Made by a program: the position numbers and the translations under genes
Assembly: GCA_003220345.1 (NCBI GenBank)
Contig: QHSC01000099.1
Location: 1,601-65,600 of the forward strand
Direction: 5' to 3'
DNA: 64,000 bases
From: Candidatus Rokuibacteriota bacterium
GTDB lineage: Bacteria > Methylomirabilota > Methylomirabilia > Rokubacteriales > CSP1-6
Part shown: piece by piece, positions 55,625-64,000 of the stretch
Layout: the number at the start of each line of letters is the position of its first letter
Position numbering within the stretch: position 1 is the stretch's first letter
Notes under the pieces: model-generated
Told to the model about the DNA's origin: nothing
Database searches by the model: none
What the model saw: only the letters and a program-made list of their open reading frames with translations

Positions 55625-57211
55625 ATGCGTGGCGGGGACTACGACGCGATCGTCGTCGGCGCGGGCCACAACGGCCTGGTGACGGCGTGCTACCTGGCCC
55701 GTGCCGGGCTGCGGGTCCTCGTGCTCGAGCGTCGCTACCTGGTCGGCGGGGCCTGCGTGACCGAGGAAACCTTTCCCGGCTTCCAGGTCTCGACGGCAGC
55801 CTACGTCAACAGCCTCTTCCGCGAGGAGATCGTGCGCGACCTGCGCCTCTCCGGGTACGGGTTCGAGGTGCTTGCCCGGCAGCCGTCGTCGTTCACGCCG
55901 TTTCTCGACGGCCGATCGCTCCTGCTCGGATCGGATGCCGAGCTCAACCGCCGCGAGATCTCGAAGTTCAGCGCGCGCGACGCCGAACGCTTCCCGTCGT
56001 ACGAAGCCATGCTCGATCGGGTGGCGGCCTTCGTCGAGCCGACGATCACGGCGACGCCGCCGAACGTCCTGCGGCCCGGCGTGCGCGACCTCTGGTCGCT
56101 CCTGACGCTCGGCCGATCGTTCCGCCGTCTCGGCTCGGCAGCCTCCGACGCGGTCGAGATCCTCACCGGATCCGCGCGAACCCTGCTTGATCGCTGGTTC
56201 GAGTCCGACCAGCTCAAGGCGACACTCGCCACCGACGCCATCATCGGCGCCATGGCGAGCCCCTCGATGCCCGGCACCGGCTACGTGCTCCTTCATCACG
56301 TCATGGGCGAAACGGGGGGCAAGCGGGGCGTGTGGGGCTACGTGCGTGGGGGCATGGGCGGTCTCACCCGGGCGCTCGCGGGGGCCGCCGGCGATCTCGG
56401 CGTGGACATCCGGTGTGACGCCGAGGTCAGCCGCATCCTGGTCCGGGCGGGCTGCGTGACGGGCGTCGCCCTGGTCAGCGGCGACGAATATCGCGCACCC
56501 ATCGTTGCGAGCAACGCCGACGCCCGCGTGACCTTTCGGCGTCTGCTGGATGCGGGAGAGCTTCCTGCGGATTTCGTGGCGGCGGTGGACCGGATCAACT
56601 ACGAGAGCGCGTCGCTCAAGATCAACGTGGCGCTCGCCGAGCTTCCGAGCTTTCGCGCCTGTCCGGGCGTGGAGCCGGGACCGCAGCATCGCGGCACCAT
56701 CCACATCTGTCCCGACCTCGACTACATCGAGCGCGCCTACGACGACGCCAAGTACGGTCGCCCCTCGGAGCGCCCGGTCCTCGAGTGCACCATTCCGTCG
56801 GTGGTGGATCCCACGGTGGCGCCCCCGGGCCGGCATCTCATGTCCATCTTCGTGCAGTACGCGCCCTACGCGCTGCGGGAGTCGAGCTGGGACGACATCG
56901 GCGGCCGCTTCGCGGACCGCTGCTTCGACCTGCTCGAGGAGTACGCGCCGAATTTTCGCCGCGCGGTGCTGGCCCGCCAGGTCCTCACCCCGCTCGATCT
57001 CGAGCGCACGTTCAATCTCACGGGAGGCAACATCTTTCAGGGCGCGATGACGCCCGGCCAGCTCTTCTCGTTCCGGCCCGTGCCAGGCTACGCAGGCTAC
57101 CGCACGCCGTTGAAGGGTCTCTATCTCTGCGGGGCCGCCGCGCATCCGGGAGGCGGCGTCATGGGAGCGCCGGGCTGGAACGCCGCGCGCGAGATCCTCC
57201 GCACGCGCTAG
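55625..57211 (+). CDS. Phytoene desaturase (CrtI)-family NAD(P)/FAD-dependent oxidoreductase
   Basis: ATG 55625. YDAIVVGAGHNGLVTACYLARAG dinucleotide fold. C-terminal LYLCGAAAHPGGGVMGAPG is typical of the family. Confidence 0.85.
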   Translation: MRGGDYDAIVVGAGHNGLVTACYLARAGLRVLVLERRYLVGGACVTEETFPGFQVSTAAYVNSLFREEIVRDLRLSGYGFEVLARQPSSFTPFLDGRSLLLGSDAELNRREISKFSARDAERFPSYEAMLDRVAAFVEPTITATPPNVLRPGVRDLWSLLTLGRSFRRLGSAASDAVEILTGSARTLLDRWFESDQLKATLATDAIIGAMASPSMPGTGYVLLHHVMGETGGKRGVWGYVRGGMGGLTRALAGAAGDLGVDIRCDAEVSRILVRAGCVTGVALVSGDEYRAPIVASNADARVTFRRLLDAGELPADFVAAVDRINYESASLKINVALAELPSFRACPGVEPGPQHRGTIHICPDLDYIERAYDDAKYGRPSERPVLECTIPSVVDPTVAPPGRHLMSIFVQYAPYALRESSWDDIGGRFADRCFDLLEEYAPNFRRAVLARQVLTPLDLERTFNLTGGNIFQGAMTPGQLFSFRPVPGYAGYRTPLKGLYLCGAAAHPGGGVMGAPGWNAAREILRTR

Positions 57212-57220
57212 GAGCGCGCG

Positions 57221-57646
57221 CTACTCGCCGGCGCCCTCGGTCTTCTGCCGCTCGAGGACACGGGCGGTGGCCCGTCCCTTGTCGGGGTGGGGATCCTTGA
57301 CGACACCGTAGGCGGCGCGTCCTTCATGGTCCTCGGGCAGATGCTCGGTGATCGGCCGGCCGTCGGGCGCCACGAAGAGCAGGCAGTGGCAGTACTTCCA
57401 CTTCTGCATCTCGTCGCAGGCGCAGATCCAGCGGCGGAGCTTGGCTTCCGCCTGGGGGTCGGGATAGAAGTTGCACGGGCAGAGGGGCCGTCCGACCTGC
57501 TCGATGTGACGCGCGAGGCCTTCCACCACCGTCTCGGTGACGCCCACGTCGGGATGGAGGGAAGTGCCGGACTTCTCCGCGTACTTCCGCGCGTAGCTCC
57601 ACATCTTGTCGATGTTGGCCTGCGACGGCTTGGCCGGCTCGCTCAT
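57221..57646 (-). CDS. Ferredoxin:thioredoxin reductase catalytic-subunit-like protein (FTRc/FDR-like)
   Basis: ATG 57646. CPC-x16-CAC-x8-CHC (CPCNFYPDPQAEAKLRRWICACDEMQKWKYCHC) matches the FTR catalytic-subunit spacing CPC-x16-CPC-x8-CHC with all six Cys. Confidence 0.8.
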   Translation of the reverse strand: MSEPAKPSQANIDKMWSYARKYAEKSGTSLHPDVGVTETVVEGLARHIEQVGRPLCPCNFYPDPQAEAKLRRWICACDEMQKWKYCHCLLFVAPDGRPITEHLPEDHEGRAAYGVVKDPHPDKGRATARVLERQKTEGAGE

Positions 57647-57882
57647 GACTGGGCCTGGGCCAGCGCTTCGTCGATCTTGGCTGGGTTGAACCCGGCGAGC
57701 CGCGTCTCGCCGATGATGATGACGGGGAGCGAGGTCATGCCGATCGCCATCAGCTCCTCCCGGGCCTGGGGGTCTCGCCCCACGTTCTTCTCCACGAACG
57801 GCACCCCTTTTTGCGACAGATACTCTGTCGCGCGATGACAGGGGCCTCAGCCGATGTTCGTGTAGACGGTGACGTTTACCAT
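57643..57882 (-). CDS. Glutaredoxin-like protein, YruB/NrdH type, with in-frame TGA at codon 12 (candidate selenocysteine, U-G-P-C)
   Basis: Hand translation: MVNVTVYTNIG[TGA]GPCHRATEYLSQKGVPFVEKNVGRDPQAREELMAIGMTSLPVIIIGETRLAGFNPAKIDEALAQAQS. AGGAGG/GAGGA before ATG 57882. Stop overlaps the FTRc start (ATGA). Confidence 0.6.
57803..57846 (-). promoter_or_regulatory. Candidate bacterial SECIS-like nested hairpin immediately 3' of the in-frame UGA
   Basis: mRNA is UGAGGCCCCUGUCAUCGCGCGACAGAGUAUCUGUCGCAAAAAGGGGUGCC. Outer stem GCCCCU/AGGGGU. Inner 7-bp stem GCGACAG/CUGUCGC with apical loop AGUAU, about 23 nt after the UGA. Confidence 0.35.
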
Positions 57883-58046
57883 GTGGTCCTCGCCCTCCTG
57901 GCCAGGTCTCTCGCTCTTGGGATGCGGGAGCCGCCCCCGCCGATTCGGGGAAGCGGTCCATCCCAGAGTCCCCTGGGGCGCGGCCGTCGTCAAGCCCAGT
58001 CCGCCTGCGTTGACAATCCGCGAGCGCCGTGCGACAGATCGCTCTC

Positions 58047-59429
58047 ATGCAAGAAGAGCCGACGTCTCTCCGGATCGACGACCCGGGCGTGCGGGCGCTG
58101 TTCACCGAGGCCGCGCGTTTCCAGTCCTGGCTGGACGTCGAGGCCGCCCTCGCGCAGGCGCAGGCGGAGCTGGGCATCATTCCCGATGGCGCCGCCCGCG
58201 AGATCACCCGCAAGGCGCACCTGTCGTACCTCGACCTGGCGGCGGTACGGGCAGGCCTGGCCCGCACGGGGCATCCCCTCGTGCCTCTGGTCTGGGAGCT
58301 GGACCGCGCTTGCGAAGGCGACGCCGGCGGCTACGTGCACTGGGGGGCGACGACCCAGAACGTCACGCAGACCGGCCAGCTCCTCCAGGTGCGGCGCGCC
58401 CACGACATCTTCCTGGGCCAGCTCGCGACCATCCTGACCACGCTTGCCGACCTCGCCGAGCAGACCAAGGACGTCCTCCTCCCCGGACGCACGCACGGCC
58501 AGCACGCGGTACCCGCCACCTTCGGCTTCAAGGTGGCGGTGTGGATCGACGAGCTGGGCCGCCACGTGGAGCGGCTGAGCGGCTGCGAGGGCCGCGTGTT
58601 CGTGGCCATGCTGGGGGGCGGCGCGGGGACGCTCGCCTCGCTGGGCGAGCTCGGTCTCGCTACCCAGGAGAAGATGGCGCTCCGCCTCGGGATGCGCGCC
58701 ATGCCCATGCCCGCGCGGACGATCGGCGATCACCAGGCCGAGTACGTGACGCTCCTCGGCATGCTCGCCTCCACGTGCAGCAAGATCGGGCGCGAGATCT
58801 ACACCCTGATGAAGCAGGAGTTCGGCGAGCTCGAGGAGCCGGTGCCGCCCGGCACGGTGGGGAGCAGCACCATGCCCCAGAAGCGCAACCCGAAGCTGTC
58901 GCAAGACATCATCGCGGCCGCCGCGCAGATCCGCGCCCTCGTGCCCCTGGCCCTGGAGGCCATGCAGACGGAGCACGAGGCGGACCGGACGACGAGCATC
59001 ATGATGGCCCGGGCCCTCGTGCCCGCCTGCGAGCTCACGGGCGACATGCTGCAGCGGATGGTCGTCCTGATGGACGGGCTCCAGGTGTTTCCCGATCGGA
59101 TGCGGGAGAACCTCGACCTGTCGGGCGGCCTGATCATGGCCGAGGCGCTCATGCTCGAGCTGGGCAAGCAGATCGGACGGCAGCGGGCCCACGACGCCGT
59201 CTATGAGGCCGCTCAGGCGGCGGTGACCCAGTCGCGGCCCTTTCGCGAGACCCTCGCCGAAGACCCGCACGTGAGCGCCGGGCTCAGCGCCTCCCAGGTC
59301 GAGGCCCTCCTCGATCCTGCCCGTTACACGGGGCTCTGTCGCCAGTTCGCCGAGCGCGGCGCCGAGACGGCCCGCGACATCGCGGCGGCCATCCAGCGCC
59401 GGAGGACCGAGCGCGCCCGCACCGCCTGA
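58047..59429 (+). CDS. Class II fumarase/aspartase superfamily lyase (adenylosuccinate lyase / 3-carboxy-cis,cis-muconate cycloisomerase-like)
   Basis: Signature GSSTMPQKRNP. HWGATTQN region. About 460 aa. ATG 58047 (the ORF track uses GTG 58029). Confidence 0.85.
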   Translation: MQEEPTSLRIDDPGVRALFTEAARFQSWLDVEAALAQAQAELGIIPDGAAREITRKAHLSYLDLAAVRAGLARTGHPLVPLVWELDRACEGDAGGYVHWGATTQNVTQTGQLLQVRRAHDIFLGQLATILTTLADLAEQTKDVLLPGRTHGQHAVPATFGFKVAVWIDELGRHVERLSGCEGRVFVAMLGGGAGTLASLGELGLATQEKMALRLGMRAMPMPARTIGDHQAEYVTLLGMLASTCSKIGREIYTLMKQEFGELEEPVPPGTVGSSTMPQKRNPKLSQDIIAAAAQIRALVPLALEAMQTEHEADRTTSIMMARALVPACELTGDMLQRMVVLMDGLQVFPDRMRENLDLSGGLIMAEALMLELGKQIGRQRAHDAVYEAAQAAVTQSRPFRETLAEDPHVSAGLSASQVEALLDPARYTGLCRQFAERGAETARDIAAAIQRRRTERARTA

Positions 59430-59457
59430 GAGACGACCCGCCACTTCTCGCGGTCCG

Positions 59458-59859
59458 TCAATCGACGACGGCGATCACCTCCACCTCGACGAGGAGGTCG
59501 GGGTGGGCGAGGCGGCGCACCTCCACCGTGGTGCTCGTGGGGAGCGCGCCGAAGTACTCCATGCGGACATCGACGTGCTTGAAGTACTCCTCGATGTCCG
59601 TGACGTAGGTGTTGGTCTTCACGATGTCGGCGAGGGTGGCCCCGGCCGCGGCCAGGGCCGCCTTCACGTTCTCGCCCACTTGACGGATCTGCGCGCGCAT
59701 GTCGCCGCGTCCGACCACCTCTCCTTCCCGGCTCCGCGCGAGCTGGCCCGACACGAAGATCGTCTTCCTGCCCTCGACGACCACCACGTGGGAATAGAGG
59801 ACGTGCCCGCCCACCACTCGCTTGCTCAGCGTCTCGGGCTGGATATTCTGCCGCTTCAT
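59458..59859 (-). CDS. RidA/YjgF/L-PSP family protein
   Basis: 133 aa. TIFVSGQLA ... VKTNTYVTDI ... VEVEVIAV are typical RidA family blocks. Confidence 0.9.
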   Translation of the reverse strand: MKRQNIQPETLSKRVVGGHVLYSHVVVVEGRKTIFVSGQLARSREGEVVGRGDMRAQIRQVGENVKAALAAAGATLADIVKTNTYVTDIEEYFKHVDVRMEYFGALPTSTTVEVRRLAHPDLLVEVEVIAVVD

Positions 59860-59900
59860 GGGCTCTCTCCTTTGCCTCGATCTCGACGTATGATAGCGGA

Positions 59901-60797
59901 ATGCTCCCGACCCACGGACGCTACGACTACTCGAACATCACCACGCGCGCCGACTATACCTGGCCCGGCGGACGCCGGCTCGCCGTCTACGTCGCCCTCA
60001 ACATCGAGGCCTTCCGCTTCGGCGAGGGCAAGGGCGCGGCCATCGCGCCGCCGGACCAGGCCCAGAGCCACAGCATCTACAGCTGGCGGGACTACGGCAA
60101 CCGCGTGGGCATCTGGCGCCTCTTCGAGCTGCTCGACGAGCTCGGGATCCCCGCCGAGGCCCAGATGAATACGGCCGTGTACGAGATGGCGCCCGACATT
60201 CCCGCGCGGCTGCGCGCGCGGGGCGACGAGATCCTGGGCCACGGCCTGACCAACTCCGACGAGCAGGGTCATCTGGGCGAGGACGAGGAGCGCGCGCTGA
60301 TCGCGGGCGTCACCGCCACCATCGAGCGTCACGAAGGGGCCCGCCCCTTCGGCTGGATGAGCCCCTGGCTCTCCAACAGCTCGGTGACCATGGACCTGCT
60401 CCAGGAGGCGGGCTACCGGTACGCGATGGACTGGACGATGGACGATCAGCCCATCTGGATCCGCACGCGCAAGGGCCGCATCCTCGCCATGCCGTATCCG
60501 ATCGAAGTGAACGACACGCGCGGGATCGTCTGGTACCGGTACACGGCAGACGAGTTCGCCGACATGATCGTCGACCAGTTCGACGAGATGCTGGCGCAGT
60601 CGGCGCGCCAGCCCCTCGTGTGCCCGATCTCCCTGCACCCCTTCGTCATCGGGCGCCCCTACCGCATCCGCCGGCTCCGCCGGGCCCTCCAGCACATTCT
60701 CGGGCACGGGGAGCGCGTCTGGCTGACCCGTCCCCGCGACATCTGCGCCCACGTCGAGTCGCTGCCCCCCGGCGTCGTCCCGGGAAGCGCGACATGA
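59901..60797 (+). CDS. Polysaccharide deacetylase family protein, PuuE (allantoinase)-like
   Basis: 298 aa. YTWPGGRRLAVYVALNIE ... WRDYGNRVGIWR resembles PuuE-type deacetylase-fold hydrolases. Confidence 0.75.
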   Translation: MLPTHGRYDYSNITTRADYTWPGGRRLAVYVALNIEAFRFGEGKGAAIAPPDQAQSHSIYSWRDYGNRVGIWRLFELLDELGIPAEAQMNTAVYEMAPDIPARLRARGDEILGHGLTNSDEQGHLGEDEERALIAGVTATIERHEGARPFGWMSPWLSNSSVTMDLLQEAGYRYAMDWTMDDQPIWIRTRKGRILAMPYPIEVNDTRGIVWYRYTADEFADMIVDQFDEMLAQSARQPLVCPISLHPFVIGRPYRIRRLRRALQHILGHGERVWLTRPRDICAHVESLPPGVVPGSAT

Positions 60798-62050
60798 GGG
60801 AGCGTCAGCTCTTCTACGGCTGGTGGGTGGTGGCGGCCTTTTCCGTGACCACGTTCATGTCGACGGGCGTCCGTCATGCCGTCGGGCCGTTTCTCAAGCC
60901 GATCGTCGGCGACCTCGGGCTCGATCGCGCGAGCTTCTCCGCGGTCATCGCCCTGAGCCTCTTCCTCTACGGCGTCTTCATGCCGCTGGCGGGCCTGGCC
61001 CTTGACCGCTTCAGCGTGCGCGCCGTCACCACCGCCGGCACGCTGCTCCTCGTGGCCTCGCTCGTGCTGACCGCGATGGTGCGGAACTTCTGGGAGTTCA
61101 CCGCCGTGTACGGCGTGCTCGTGCCTCTCGGTCTCGCCGGCACCGGGCCCGTGATCGCCTCCGGCGTGGTCGCCCGCTGGTTCAGCAAGCGGCGCGGCAC
61201 CGCGCTGTCCGTGCTCGGCAGCGCCTCGATGACGGGGATGAGCCTGCTCGTGCCCGCCGTGACCTGGTTGATCATCACCACCGGGTGGCGCACGGCGTAC
61301 ATGCTCATCGCGGCCGGGATCCTCGTGGTCGTGCTGCCTCTCTGCCTGTGGGTGGTCCGGGACTCTCCGGAATCGATGGGACTCACCGCCGACGGCACCC
61401 TCCCGACGGCGGGGGCGGGCGCGATTGCCATCGAGCGGGTGAGCGGGGGCGAGGCTCTGCAGACCCTGGCCTTCTGGCAGCTCGCGGGCTCGTTCTTCAC
61501 CTGCGGGTTCTCCATGAGCCTTCTCTCCGCGCACGGGATCCCCATGCTCACCGATCACGGCTACTCGCCCATGTTCGCGTCGTGGGCGCTCGGTGTGCTC
61601 GGCGGCTCGAGCATCGGCTTCACGGTGATGCTCGGCGCCCTGTCGGACCGCCTTGGGCGCCGGCCCGTGCTCGCCGCCATCTACGCAGGCCGGGTCTTCA
61701 TCTTCGCCGGCTTCTTCCTCCTCCGCGACAACCCCGCCGCGATCCTCGTCGTGGCCGTCCTCGGCGGCATCACCATGGCAGGCACCGGCTCGATGACCTC
61801 GGCGCTGACCGCGGACATCTACGGGCGCTTCTCCGTCAGCTCGGTCTTCGGCCTGATCTTCCTCGTGCATCAGACGGGCTCCGCCCTCGGCTCCTGGCTC
61901 GCGGGCTCGCTGTTCGAGACGACGGGCGGCTACGGGGCGGCGTACGTGCTGGCGTGCGGATTGCTGGTGGCCGCGGCCATCGTCGCGCTCAACATCGACA
62001 AGGGCGCGCGACGGATCTGGCGCGCCGCGACCGCCTCGGCGACGAGCTGA
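60794..62050 (+). CDS. MFS transporter (oxalate/formate antiporter-like subfamily)
   Basis: ATG 60794 overlaps the upstream stop (ATGA). N-terminal LFYGWWVVAAFSVTTFMSTG is typical of OFA-type MFS. 12 TM. Confidence 0.85.
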   Translation: MRERQLFYGWWVVAAFSVTTFMSTGVRHAVGPFLKPIVGDLGLDRASFSAVIALSLFLYGVFMPLAGLALDRFSVRAVTTAGTLLLVASLVLTAMVRNFWEFTAVYGVLVPLGLAGTGPVIASGVVARWFSKRRGTALSVLGSASMTGMSLLVPAVTWLIITTGWRTAYMLIAAGILVVVLPLCLWVVRDSPESMGLTADGTLPTAGAGAIAIERVSGGEALQTLAFWQLAGSFFTCGFSMSLLSAHGIPMLTDHGYSPMFASWALGVLGGSSIGFTVMLGALSDRLGRRPVLAAIYAGRVFIFAGFFLLRDNPAAILVVAVLGGITMAGTGSMTSALTADIYGRFSVSSVFGLIFLVHQTGSALGSWLAGSLFETTGGYGAAYVLACGLLVAAAIVALNIDKGARRIWRAATASATS

Positions 62051-62107
62051 CGGGCTCGGCGGCCCCGGGGGCGGACGTCCGTGCCCGACGCCCGCGGCAC
62101 GATACGC

Positions 62108-63781
<1,674 letters not shown>

Positions 63782-64000
63782 CTATAAGCCGCGCCAGGAG
63801 AGGAGTCGAGACGGCGCACGCGCCACGGCCGCCTCGCAGCCTTCCCAGTCACAGGCGTTGAACGCGTCGACGAATCCGCTTCCGTCGCAGAGTCGTCCAT
63901 CACGAGCCGAAAGCGCTATAGTGATCGGCACCCTCAAGGATCCGCGCCGACAGCATCCGCAGTTCCGCGGCAAGCTCCGCCATACGCTGGAAGCGTCGTA

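Noticed and set aside
57647-58267. Upstream extension of the 348-aa ORF containing the FTR-like protein
   Set aside because: The FTRc homology starts at ATG 57646. The extension is Arg/Ala/Pro-rich and out of frame over the glutaredoxin-like gene and the divergent promoter region.
63782-64000. Possible partial minus-strand gene at the window end
   Set aside because: Two minus frames are open to the edge. One ends at TAG 63782..63784 (…FVDAFNACDWEGCEAAVARA…). The other ends at TGA 63900..63902 (…MAELAAELRMLSARILEGADHYSAFGS). I cannot decide between them or recognise either from about 35-70 residues.

Overview
This is a visibly GC-rich (not computed), gene-dense bacterial chromosomal segment. 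I call about 58 protein-coding genes across both strands. I could not recognise any rRNA, tRNA, CRISPR array, transposase or integrase. Many long ORFs in the track are antisense or out-of-frame shadows typical of high-GC DNA and were discarded.

Content is mainly housekeeping and catabolic:
- Housekeeping: a MetE-like fragment, cysS and LL-DAP aminotransferase.
- Signalling: a PhnD-like binding protein with a hybrid histidine kinase, and a large zinc-ribbon/class III cyclase/STAND-ATPase/TPR protein.
- Cell surface: three glycosyltransferases.
- Redox: an orphan CoxL/XDH-type molybdopterin subunit.
- Acyl-CoA metabolism: three family III (CaiB/BaiF) CoA-transferases. One heads a tightly packed 8-gene acyl-CoA operon (hydratase, acyl-CoA dehydrogenase, MBL hydrolase, HMG-CoA-lyase-like, O-methyltransferase, unknown, DinB).
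- Transport: a Dpp/Opp-type and a CUT1-type ABC operon, both without ATPase genes.
- DNA repair: YcaQ/AlkZ-like and Mug.
- Others: a two-HKD phospholipase-D-family protein, and a small catabolic cluster (class II lyase, RidA, PuuE-like deacetylase, MFS, Baeyer-Villiger monooxygenase).

The most interesting signals:
1. An unannotated 79-codon YruB/NrdH-type glutaredoxin-like gene (57882..57643, minus strand). Its only interruption is an in-frame TGA exactly at the first redox-motif position (U-G-P-C). A nested hairpin follows, and the gene is coupled by an ATGA overlap to a ferredoxin:thioredoxin-reductase-like catalytic subunit. This makes it a candidate selenoprotein redox pair.
2. A perfect in-frame 417-bp tandem duplication inside the TPR region of the cyclase/STAND gene.
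3. A wHTH plus minimal nucleotidyltransferase gene pair with an AT-rich palindromic operator, which looks AbiE/TA-like.
4. An MFS gene that runs 233 nt into the next gene immediately after an A5/T5 homopolymer. This could be an indel or a stop-loss.
5. A low-GC islet with two small SD-preceded ORFs (a zinc ribbon and a single-TM peptide).

The taxon cannot be assigned from this window alone.
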